In this document: positions 1 through 7,306 of the stretch, piece after piece
How the letters are laid out: each line of letters starts with the position of its first letter
How positions within the stretch are numbered: position 1 is the first letter of the stretch
From: Acidobacteriota bacterium
GTDB taxonomy: Bacteria > Acidobacteriota > Thermoanaerobaculia > Multivoradales > UBA5704
Assembly: GCA_040005235.1 (NCBI GenBank)
Contig: JBDTZG010000099.1
Coordinates: 1 to 14,605, forward strand
Length of the DNA: 14,605 nt
Direction of reading: 5' to 3'
The notes under the pieces: model-generated
The model's input: only the letters and a program-made list of their open reading frames with translations
What the model was told of the DNA's origin: nothing
The model's database searches: none
Translations under genes and position numbers: made by a program

Positions 1-65
1 GGCCAGGCGACCAGCAAGCGCCCTTTGTCGGCCAATACCATGCGGGGAAAGCCGCTCGCGCGGCT
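1..65 (-). repeat. Direct-repeat copy of a 3'-proximal segment of the BNR lipoprotein gene (gene fragment, runs off the left edge)
   Basis: 1-65 matches 1874-1938 at 64/65 nt (mismatch at 56). Minus-strand translation is SRASGFPRMVLADKGRLLVAW, with an in-frame TGA just upstream, so this is a fragment. Confidence 0.93.
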
Positions 66-262
66 TGCCGTTCAACTTGTTGCTATTAGGCGCCGAGATA
101 AGGCCAGGAAAGCGTAAGTCCCCCACATAGATGGCGAAGGGCCGGCAAACCCAGCTACTGCACTCATGCAGGGCCTCGTCAAAGTCCGCGCCTGCGGAGC
201 CCGAAGAGGTGCAGGTGTAGGTCAGCACGCCGCCTTTCCATGCCAGCCTGTCCGGGCGGTCT

Positions 263-556
263 GTCCGGCCCAACGGGCCGGGAGAACCTAGCCCAGGGCT
301 GAGGCCGAAGGCCGATGCCCTGGGATGAAAGGCCCCACGGAAAGGCGGCCTGAAAGGCCGCTAGAGGTTTCAGGCCCGCACGTATCGCTCGGCAAATTCG
401 TTTTTCTAGGCATCCAGGAACGCACGGAGTCTGAGGATTTGTCGAGCCTGGGTTCTAGCGGCCTTTCAGGCCGCCAGGATGGTGGTGATCCTTGACCCAG
501 GGCCTCGGCCTTCGGCCCAGCCCTGGGCTAGGTTCTCCCGGCCCGTTGGGCCGGAC
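263..556. repeat. Inverted pair of REP-like palindromic units (REPIN-like doublet)
   Basis: 263-324 is the reverse complement of 496-556 (1 indel, 1 mismatch). 344-365 GGCGGCCTGAAAGGCCGCTAGA is the exact reverse complement of 454-475. Each arm has internal hairpins (GGCCC-AAC-GGGCC, GGCC-GAA-GGCC, GCGGCC-TGAAA-GGCCGC). Confidence 0.88.
370..429 (-). pseudogene. Decayed C-terminal remnant of an IS200/RAYT-type (Y1 HUH) transposase
   Basis: Minus strand reads LRAFLDA*KNEFAERYVRA*, resembling from memory the ...LRxFLxxYxIEFDERYVWD* C-terminus of IS200-like TnpA. It lies exactly between the inverted REP-like arms. Confidence 0.55.
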
Positions 557-809
557 TCTTGGGTTGCCGGTGCCGCCACCTCGCTCGATGCCGGCGCGCA
601 CCCTGGAGCCCCGACGGGGGCGCGGACTTTGACGAGGCCTTGTGCACTCATGCCCGCACCCTATACTTCCTGTTTCGCATGCGCTATTCTACACAGATCG
701 CTTCTCGTCCACGCCGCCGGAGGCCGGTAGTGTTTCCGCCGCCTGTTCTTGTCATCAAGGCAGGTCTCTCGGGAAACGAGATGTCCACATAAGAATTCTT
801 TGAAGCTCC

Positions 810-1679
810 TTGAGAACGTTCCATAAGAAGCGAATCAATGCGCTCGACGCATTTCTTCCTAAGAGGCTAGTCCATGCCCGAGAACGATCGCTAAAAGAAA
901 TAGCTGAGTCAGTCGTCCTAATCGGCGTTGACCTGGGAGGTTGGCTTATCGAAGGGCTACATAAGTTAGGTGTATATATTCCTGAGACTCTGAGGCCTAC
1001 GGCTACGCTGCTACTCGTCGCATCCCTCTGCCTCGCTGCGGGCTTGGAACGCGCTACGAGCATGCGTAAATTGTTGCTATCAGAAAAAGAGACGTCGGAA
1101 AAACTCGATAAGCTGTTGCTCATCGTCGGAAACGAAGAGGTCGAAATCGGCCGGCTCGGAGAGAATCTACATATCGCAGATTTTTTGATGGGTTCCCCCG
1201 ATATTACGAATGCCGCCATCGAACTCTTAGACGCTACCGAGTCAGATAAAGCTGCAAATGACCGGGACATCCTCGCCACTGGGCAATTTTTCAGCTCCGA
1301 GTCCGACCATTTGGCCGATGCCTATTATGCCAAGATTGCCGATCGAGTACGGGTTGCGCATGAGCACCGAGGTTCAATGGCGTACCATGTGGTTTTGTCA
1401 TTGGCAGACCCCAGGCTTTCGGAGGCAATCGAAAGGCGGAAGAAGCACTTTAGGGCCGTCGGCCTAACGGAAGACAAGATCAAATTTCATTGCATTGAGA
1501 GCAAATGGCCCTTCGAGGTCTTAATAGGTATTAACCAAGCAATCGTTGCGTTTCCCGATCCCGACGGAAAGAACCCCCACTTTTTCGCCCTGAGAATCAG
1601 AGACGAATCTTTTGTCGCCAAGGCGAGGAAGTGGTACCGCTCCATAGTAAGTCACTACGCTAAGGACTATCCGCTATAG
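810..1679 (+). CDS. Hypothetical membrane-anchored protein (289 aa; 1-2 N-terminal hydrophobic helices, soluble C-terminal domain possibly PLD/TrmB-like), horizontally acquired
   Basis: 870-nt ORF in a lower-GC segment (two 60-nt lines counted by hand gave 47% and 50% GC, versus 78% in a sampled line of the flanking host gene). Hydrophobic segments ESVVLIGVDLGGWLI and TATLLLVASLCLAAGL. The TTG start is uncertain. Confidence 0.8.
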   Translation: MRTFHKKRINALDAFLPKRLVHARERSLKEIAESVVLIGVDLGGWLIEGLHKLGVYIPETLRPTATLLLVASLCLAAGLERATSMRKLLLSEKETSEKLDKLLLIVGNEEVEIGRLGENLHIADFLMGSPDITNAAIELLDATESDKAANDRDILATGQFFSSESDHLADAYYAKIADRVRVAHEHRGSMAYHVVLSLADPRLSEAIERRKKHFRAVGLTEDKIKFHCIESKWPFEVLIGINQAIVAFPDPDGKNPHFFALRIRDESFVAKARKWYRSIVSHYAKDYPL

Positions 1680-1690
1680 GATAATCTGAA

Positions 1691-1737
1691 TTGGCCTTGA
1701 AAGGCGGCGCGTCTCTAGGTGAGGTTTCAGGGGCCAA
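1691..1737. terminator. Imperfect hairpin between convergent genes, possible terminator
   Basis: TTGGCCTTGAAA...TTTCAGGGGCCAA imperfect inverted repeat just after the 1679 stop and about 60 nt beyond the 1798 stop. Confidence 0.3.
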
Positions 1738-1797
1738 GTTAAGAGCGAAAAAGATCCAGAGGCTTGCTGTGGTATGGCCCGAAGCCAAGGCTCAATC

Positions 1798-3081
1798 TTA
1801 ACGGCGCCGCGCTTGAGCAAGCCGATCCAACGCGACACTCACCGCGCGCAGCCGGCCCGGAGACCCCGGTTCCGGCCAGGCGACCAGCAAGCGCCCTTTG
1901 TCGGCCAATACCATGCGGGGAAAGCCGCCCGCGCGGCTCGATTCGGTCGTCGCGACCGTGAACGCGGCGCCGGACGGTCCGGCAGGCGCCACGCGCTGAA
2001 GTCGCAGGCCGGAACGCTTGGTTGTCCCGGGTTCCCGCCCGATCCAAGAAACGATTGCATCGCCCTTGGGATCGAGCGCCAGATCGACCCGCCCGAGAGG
2101 TTTGTCGGTATCGAGCGGAATCGGCGGCGCAAACGTCGCGCCGGAATCTTCCGAGAAGGCGATCTGGACGCGCGGCGAAGGGGCGCCGGTAAACCAGGCG
2201 ACGGCCACCCGACGGTTCAGGGCCGCGACCGCGGGGCCATTCACCGGACAACCCTCGATGTGCCAACCGTCGGCATGAACCGGCGTCGGCGCGCTCCAGC
2301 CGGTCGGGGTGAAACGCCGGATCGCGATGTCGCGAATCTCGTCGGGCGAGCGGTCGCGATATACCACGACCGGACCCTCGGAGGTCATCGCGCTGTCGGT
2401 CTGGCAGCAATCGCAGACCCTCTCGTCGAGCAGATCTTCGCCCGAGGCGCCGCGCGTCGGGTCGACGAGCGCCGAGCGCAGGGTCATCGGGCCGCCGCCC
2501 TCCGGCATGCCGCGACCGTCGAGCCAGAAGGCGCGCAGGCCGCCGCCTGAAGCGCGCTCGGGTAGCCAGGAGACGAATCCATGCTCGGCCGCCGCAGCGT
2601 CGGCCGGCAGCCGGCCCAAAGGGCGCCAGGTCTTCCCGGCGTCGCCGGAGCTCGCAAGCGCGATCGAATAGGCTTCCCCGCCGCCGGCGTCTTGGACGAG
2701 CCAATGGGCGACTGCGAGGTTTCCGTTCGAGCCGACGGCGGGAAAGTCGGCCCAGTTGGCGAGCAGATCGTCCCCTTCGGTCACGGTGGTTGGCGGAGAC
2801 CAGGATGAGTCGACGAACCGCGAGACGCGCAGGCGCCAGCGCTCTCCGCCCGCCTCCCGGCCGGTCTCTTGAGGCGCCGGTTCGAGCCATGAAAGAACCG
2901 GCGAGCCGGCGACCGTCGAGAAGCTGGCACCCAGCGCCCCGGCGAGGGCTGGCGGATCGATTTTCACCGGATCAGCGGGCGGCGGGCTCGTTCGCTGGCA
3001 GCCGGAGGCTGCCAGGGCGATCACGACCAGCGCCCGCGCCGCAACGAAAGGCCCCCGCGCGGGACGGATCGTTCGACTCAT
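1798..3081 (-). CDS. BNR/Asp-box repeat (sialidase-like beta-propeller) lipoprotein with CDCC and GCP motifs
   Basis: Start placed at ATG 3081 (MSRTIRP), which overlaps the upstream TGA as ATGA. Lipobox-like LAASGC, Asp-boxes SGDAGKTW and SEDSGATF, motifs ERVCDCCQT, YRDRSPDEIRDI and GWHIEGCPVNGP. Confidence 0.85.
   Translation of the reverse strand: MSRTIRPARGPFVAARALVVIALAASGCQRTSPPPADPVKIDPPALAGALGASFSTVAGSPVLSWLEPAPQETGREAGGERWRLRVSRFVDSSWSPPTTVTEGDDLLANWADFPAVGSNGNLAVAHWLVQDAGGGEAYSIALASSGDAGKTWRPLGRLPADAAAAEHGFVSWLPERASGGGLRAFWLDGRGMPEGGGPMTLRSALVDPTRGASGEDLLDERVCDCCQTDSAMTSEGPVVVYRDRSPDEIRDIAIRRFTPTGWSAPTPVHADGWHIEGCPVNGPAVAALNRRVAVAWFTGAPSPRVQIAFSEDSGATFAPPIPLDTDKPLGRVDLALDPKGDAIVSWIGREPGTTKRSGLRLQRVAPAGPSGAAFTVATTESSRAGGFPRMVLADKGRLLVAWPEPGSPGRLRAVSVALDRLAQARRR
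1874..1938 (-). repeat. Second (in-gene) copy of the 65-bp direct repeat
   Basis: 64/65 identical to 1-65; encodes SRAGGFPRMVLADKGRLLVAW. Confidence 0.9.
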
Positions 3082-3812
3082 CGGTCCTTCGGGAGGGGCT
3101 GTTTGAGCTCCAGGCGCACGTCGGCCAGGTTGCGGGAGAGCGTTATGCCGAGCGGCCGGGCGGCTGCGTCGGTCGACAGCCAGAGCTCCAGGCGACCCTT
3201 CCAGTTCCGCTGGCCGTCGACTTCCACACCGCGGATGATGAAATGGCGCGCGAGCACCTTGCGTCCAGAGATCGCCCGCTGCTCCACACCCTGGGGGACG
3301 ATCTCCACCGGGTAGGTTTTGCCGTCCGACCAGATCTCGATCCGGCGGGTGGCACGCGGCGGATCGCGGCGGATTGAGTAGATCCCGGCGGCGATGTCGA
3401 GCACACCCTCGCGATCGACCGATTCGTCTTTCGACTTGGTTTCGCCGCGCCAGTGATAGGAGCTCCAGGCGCGGACCGGCTTCAAGGTGTCGGCATCGAC
3501 CTCCGAGCCGTAGCGGAAATAGTCGCCGCTCTGGCTGTCGGGCGAGGTGATGGTCAGCTCCGAGCGGAGGTTGCCGTTCGGTTGGATCTTGAAAGCGAGA
3601 GATCCATCGCCCTGCCCGGGCAGAAAGACGCTTGCGAGCCTGCCGATAAAGTTGCTCAGCTCCCAATGATAGCGGAAGTCTTCGTCGAGCGGACGAACCT
3701 GCGTATGGCCAATCCCTGTGCCGGCGGCCAGAACGGCCGCCAATGCGACCGGCCCGAACGCGCGCCTGGACCTGAGGGTGAAGGAGAGAGAGGTAGGTGT
3801 CTTTGCGCTCAA
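3078..3812 (-). CDS. DUF3108-like secreted beta-rich protein
   Basis: Start is probably TTG at 3812, overlapping the sufT stop as TTGA (the ORF is open to 3863). Signal-like RSRRAFGPVALAAVLAAG; DUF3108-like segments VLDIAAGIYSIR, IWSDGKTYPVEI and LELWLSTDAAARPL. Confidence 0.7.
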   Translation of the reverse strand: MSAKTPTSLSFTLRSRRAFGPVALAAVLAAGTGIGHTQVRPLDEDFRYHWELSNFIGRLASVFLPGQGDGSLAFKIQPNGNLRSELTITSPDSQSGDYFRYGSEVDADTLKPVRAWSSYHWRGETKSKDESVDREGVLDIAAGIYSIRRDPPRATRRIEIWSDGKTYPVEIVPQGVEQRAISGRKVLARHFIIRGVEVDGQRNWKGRLELWLSTDAAARPLGITLSRNLADVRLELKQPLPKDR

Positions 3813-4171
3813 AACATCCCCAACTGCAGTCGAGCCGCCTCGGACATTCGCGACGGATCCCACGCGGGTTCCCAGACCAATTCCACCTCGGCCTCGGTCA
3901 CTCCGGTTACGCCCGCCACCTTCGCTTGGATCTCTCCGGGCAGGGTTCCGGCGACCGGACAGGCGGGCGCGGTGAGGGTCATTTGAATGTGTACGCGCCC
4001 GGTCGCTTGAACGTCGAGGTCGTAGATCAAGCCGAGCTCGTAGATGTTGACCGGAATCTCCGGATCGTAAATCGTTTGCAGGGCCTCGACGACCGCGTTC
4101 TCCAGCTCGGCCTCCGCCTTCGCGGAAGGTGCGGCCGGCGGCACCGGTTCGATTTCTGGGTTGTCGATCAT
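3809..4171 (-). CDS. sufT: SUF system Fe-S assembly protein SufT (DUF59/MIP18 family)
   Basis: DUF59 motifs IYDPEIPVNIYELGLIY, MTLTAPACPVA and VWEPAWDPSRMSEAARLQLG; located in the suf operon. Confidence 0.93.
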   Translation of the reverse strand: MIDNPEIEPVPPAAPSAKAEAELENAVVEALQTIYDPEIPVNIYELGLIYDLDVQATGRVHIQMTLTAPACPVAGTLPGEIQAKVAGVTGVTEAEVELVWEPAWDPSRMSEAARLQLGMF

Positions 4172-4172
4172 C

Positions 4173-4637
4173 TCATTGCGTCCTTACGGCCGTTTCGTCG
4201 CTCGCGAGCGCCGCTTCGAGCGCCCGCCAGGCGAGGGTCGCGCATTTGACCCGCATCGGAAACTCGCGGACCCCGGCAAATGCCGCGAGCTTGCCCAGCT
4301 CGACTTGGCGGTCCCCGGCAATGGCGGGAGAGCCGGCGGTCTGGGTGAGGAAGGCGCCGAGCAGGCACCGCGCCTCGTCGACGCTCTTGCCGGTCACCGC
4401 CTCGGTGAGCATCGAGGCCGAGGCAACCGAGATCGCGCAGCCCGAGCCTTCGAAGGCGGCCTCCCGAATTTGATCTGCCTGCACGTCGAGGGCCAGGGAG
4501 ATCCGATCGCCGCACAGCGGGTTGTGACCTTCGGCCCGGCGATTCGCCTGCGGCAGATCGTGGAAATTCCGCGGCTTTCGGGTGTGGTCCAAGATCAGAT
4601 CCTGGTACAGGTCGCGCATCTCGCCCGAAACGCTCAT
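4173..4637 (-). CDS. sufU: SufU (NifU-N family, Zn-dependent sulfur transfer protein)
   Basis: LYQDLILDH start, GHNPLCGD, GSGCAISVASAS, FPMRVKCATLAW (3 Cys plus Asp); ATGA overlap with sufS. Confidence 0.95.
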   Translation of the reverse strand: MSVSGEMRDLYQDLILDHTRKPRNFHDLPQANRRAEGHNPLCGDRISLALDVQADQIREAAFEGSGCAISVASASMLTEAVTGKSVDEARCLLGAFLTQTAGSPAIAGDRQVELGKLAAFAGVREFPMRVKCATLAWRALEAALASDETAVRTQ

Positions 4638-5920
4638 CGGAAGACCTCCCTCGCCTTGGCGAGCCCGGCGGCGAGCGCCTCGACCTCGTCGAGCGTGTTG
4701 TAGAGGGCGAAGGACGCGCGAACGACCGCCGGCACCCCGAGCCGTGCCATCAGGGGCTGGGCGCAGAGGTGGCCGACCCGCACCGCGATGCCAAAGCCAT
4801 CGAGAATCGTCGCGACGTCATGGGGATGGATGCCGTCGAGGACGAACGAGACGAGCGACGCCCGCTCGCGCGGCGCGCCGAGCAGGCGCAGGCCGGGGAT
4901 GCCGGCGAGGCGATCGAGCGCCCGCTCGGTGAGGGCTTTCTCCCAGGTGGCGATCGCCGGACGGCCCAGCGACTCGATGAAGTCGATCGCCGCGGCGAGG
5001 CCGAGCACGCCTTCGAGGTTCGGCGTTCCGGGCTCGAAGCGGGTCGGCGCTTCGGCATACTCGGTGCCGGCGAACGTAACCCTGTGCACGATCCCTCCGC
5101 CGGTCTGCCAGGGCGGCATGGCGGCGAGGATTTCGCGCCGCGCCCAAAGCGCGCCGATGCCGCTAGGACCGTACGCCTTGTGGCCCGAAAAGGCATAGAA
5201 GTCGCAGCCGAGCGCGCGGACGTCGATCTCCAAATGGGGCGCCGCTTGAGGGCCGTCGACCAGCAGCAACGCGCCCGCGCCGTGAACTAGATCGGCGATC
5301 TGGCGGACGGGGAGGACCGTGCCGAGCACGTTCGAGACGTGGGCGACCGCGGCGAGCCGGGTGCGGGGCGAAAGCCGGGCCGCGATCCCTTCGAGCGGAA
5401 CCTCGCCCCGCTCGTCGATCGGCGCCACGACCAGCCGGGCGCCGACCTCTTCGCACAGCCGTTGCCAGGGAAGGATGTTGGCGTGGTGCTCCAGCTCGGT
5501 GATCAGAATCTCGTCGCCGGCTGCCACGTTCGCTTTTCCCCAGCTGCCGGCGGCCAGGTTGATCGCCTCGGTCGTGCCGCGGACGAAGACGATCTCTTCG
5601 GATGTCTCGGCGCCCAGGAAGCGGGCGACCTTCGCCCGCGCCTCTTCATAGGCGACAGTCGCCCGCTCGGCCAAGGCGTGGACCCCGCGGGCGACATTGG
5701 CGTAGCCGTGCCGATAGCAGTCGGCGACCGCGGCGATCACCCGCTCCGGCTTCTGGGTGGTGGCCGCGTTGTCGAGATAGGCGAGCGGCCGGCCGCGGAC
5801 GATCTCCCTAAGGATCGGAAACTCGGCGCGCACGGCGTCGAGGTCGTAGGCCGGAGCGTCGAGCCGCTCGTCGCTCGCCTCGCTCGGGCTCGTTTCGATC
5901 ACTATGGCGGCCGCGCTCAT
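4634..5920 (-). CDS. sufS: Cysteine desulfurase SufS (group II, PLP-dependent)
   Basis: YLDNAATTQKP, EHHANILPW, FSGHKAYGP (PLP lysine), IHPHDVA, RVGHLCAQP (catalytic Cys). Confidence 0.95.
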   Translation of the reverse strand: MSAAAIVIETSPSEASDERLDAPAYDLDAVRAEFPILREIVRGRPLAYLDNAATTQKPERVIAAVADCYRHGYANVARGVHALAERATVAYEEARAKVARFLGAETSEEIVFVRGTTEAINLAAGSWGKANVAAGDEILITELEHHANILPWQRLCEEVGARLVVAPIDERGEVPLEGIAARLSPRTRLAAVAHVSNVLGTVLPVRQIADLVHGAGALLLVDGPQAAPHLEIDVRALGCDFYAFSGHKAYGPSGIGALWARREILAAMPPWQTGGGIVHRVTFAGTEYAEAPTRFEPGTPNLEGVLGLAAAIDFIESLGRPAIATWEKALTERALDRLAGIPGLRLLGAPRERASLVSFVLDGIHPHDVATILDGFGIAVRVGHLCAQPLMARLGVPAVVRASFALYNTLDEVEALAAGLAKAREVFR

Positions 5921-5923
5921 CGC

Positions 5924-7306
5924 TCAGACCGCCTGGCGCACCACTTCGCCGCCGGGCAGGCGGGAGAAGAGAAACTCTTCGAGCGCGCGGCGCACCGGCT
6001 CGACCGGAATCCGCTCCACCAGCTCGCTCGCGAAGGCGTAGGTCAAAAGGCTCCGCGCCGCTTCGATGCCGATGCCGCGCGAACGGAGGTAGAAGATCGC
6101 ATCCTCGTCGAGTTGGCCAACCGTCGAGCCGTGGGTGCACTTCACGTCGTCGGCGTAGATTTCGAGCTGGGGATTGGAGTTGGCGATCGCCTCTCCAGAG
6201 AGCAGCAGGTTGCGGTTCGACTGCTTGGCGTCGGTCTTCTGCGCTCCCGGATGGACGTGGATCAACCCGTTGAACACCGCCCGCGATTTGCCGTCGAGCA
6301 CCCCTTTGTACAGCTCGTGACTGTCGCAGTGGGCCGCGGCGTGCTCGACCTTCATGTGGTTGTCGACCAGCTGGCGCCCCTCGACGAGATAGAGGCCGTT
6401 CAAGACGCAATCGGCGCCTTCCCCGGCAAGGACGGCGTGGAGGTCGTTCCGGACGAGGCCGCCGCCGAGCGAAATCGAATGCGATGCCACCCGGCTCGAC
6501 CGGTCCTGGTGAAGCTCGAACGCCGCGACGTGAAACGCGTCGTGCTCCTCGCGCTGGACCTTCACGTGCTTGAGGTTCGCGTCGGCGAAAGTGGCGATTT
6601 CGGTGACCGGCACCGTGAGCGAGCTGCCGCCGGTTCCGCCGATTCCCGTATAGGTTTCGACCACCGTAGCCTGGGCATCGACGCCCAGGACGATCAGATT
6701 GCGCGGAAAGGACATCGTGCCGGCCGAGGCGACGAACACCAGGTGAATCGGCGCCTCGATCCGAGCGCCGCGCGGCAGCAGAATGCAGGCGCCGTCGCAA
6801 AAAAGCGCGGCGTTCAATGCGGCGAAAGCGTGGGTGTCCGGTCCGTCGCCCGGGCGGTGTGCGCCCAGGTGCTCGGTGACCTCCTCGCGCTGCGCCTCGA
6901 TCGCCTCGGCGAGGCGGCCGACGAAAACGCCGGCAGGCAGGTCGCCAACGAACGACAGCGTGGGCGCGAAGCGGCCGTCGACGAAAGTCAGCCGCGCGGC
7001 GACTCCGGCGAAAACCGAAGACGCGATGGCTTCCATGCTGAGCCCGGCCGTCTCGTACGGTTCGGCGCGGAAGCTTGATCGCACGATCGGCGTGACGTTG
7101 GTGAAGCGCCACTCCTCTTCGTCCCGGGACGGAAAGCCGACCGCGTTGAAATGCTCGATCGCCCGGCGGCGCATTTCGGCGATCCGGGTCGGCTCGGTCG
7201 TCCGCTCGGCGGCCAGCCGCGCAAACTCGTCGAGAAAAGGCTGCGCGGCACTGGTGGCGGTCGAGGCCGGTTCCATGGAGGTCGTACTCACGAGCGTGGA
7301 GCTCAA
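5924..7306 (-). CDS. sufD: Fe-S cluster assembly protein SufD
   Basis: EEWRFT, FAALNAA, YKGVLDGKSRAVFNG, PQLEIYADDVKCTHGSTVGQLDEDAIFYLRSRGI. The TTG start overlaps the sufC stop (alternative ATG at 7276). Confidence 0.95.
   Translation of the reverse strand: MSSTLVSTTSMEPASTATSAAQPFLDEFARLAAERTTEPTRIAEMRRRAIEHFNAVGFPSRDEEEWRFTNVTPIVRSSFRAEPYETAGLSMEAIASSVFAGVAARLTFVDGRFAPTLSFVGDLPAGVFVGRLAEAIEAQREEVTEHLGAHRPGDGPDTHAFAALNAALFCDGACILLPRGARIEAPIHLVFVASAGTMSFPRNLIVLGVDAQATVVETYTGIGGTGGSSLTVPVTEIATFADANLKHVKVQREEHDAFHVAAFELHQDRSSRVASHSISLGGGLVRNDLHAVLAGEGADCVLNGLYLVEGRQLVDNHMKVEHAAAHCDSHELYKGVLDGKSRAVFNGLIHVHPGAQKTDAKQSNRNLLLSGEAIANSNPQLEIYADDVKCTHGSTVGQLDEDAIFYLRSRGIGIEAARSLLTYAFASELVERIPVEPVRRALEEFLFSRLPGGEVVRQAV

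Larger units (their letters stand above)
169..642. mobile_element. MITE-like non-autonomous element, 474 bp, with 24-bp terminal inverted repeats and 10-bp target-site duplication
   Basis: Left TIR 169-192 CAGGGCCTCGTCAAAGTCCGCGCC; right TIR 619-642 reads CAAGGCCTCGTCAAAGTCCGCGCC on the minus strand (1 mismatch). TGCACTCATG sits immediately outside both ends (159-168 and 643-652). No intact transposase inside. Confidence 0.85.

Noticed and set aside
1-65. DGR template/variable repeat pair with 1874-1938
   Set aside because: Only one mismatch (A vs G on the minus strand) and no reverse transcriptase in view, so the evidence is insufficient.
66-95. attC-like appearance (GTTCAAC...TATTAGGCG), and GTTAAGA...TCTTAAC at 1738-1802
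   Set aside because: No proper RYYYAAC...GTTRRRY pair with matching inner boxes. The 1738-1802 pair is in the wrong order, and no integron integrase is visible.
466-792. Short ORFs 466..651, 479..730 and 559..792
   Set aside because: They run through REP/MITE palindromes and cross the element boundary; no coding signal.
131-803. After removing the MITE, a 62-codon ORF from ATG 131 is in frame with the 810 gene, separated by one TGA (801-803)
   Set aside because: The peptide does not look protein-like, has no clear RBS, and no SECIS-like support was seen; probably chance.
3082-3666. N-terminal extension of the 622-aa ORF 1798..3666
   Set aside because: It overlaps the DUF3108-like gene in another frame and is Arg/Pro-rich nonsense. 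The signal peptide and ATGA coupling place the start at 3081.
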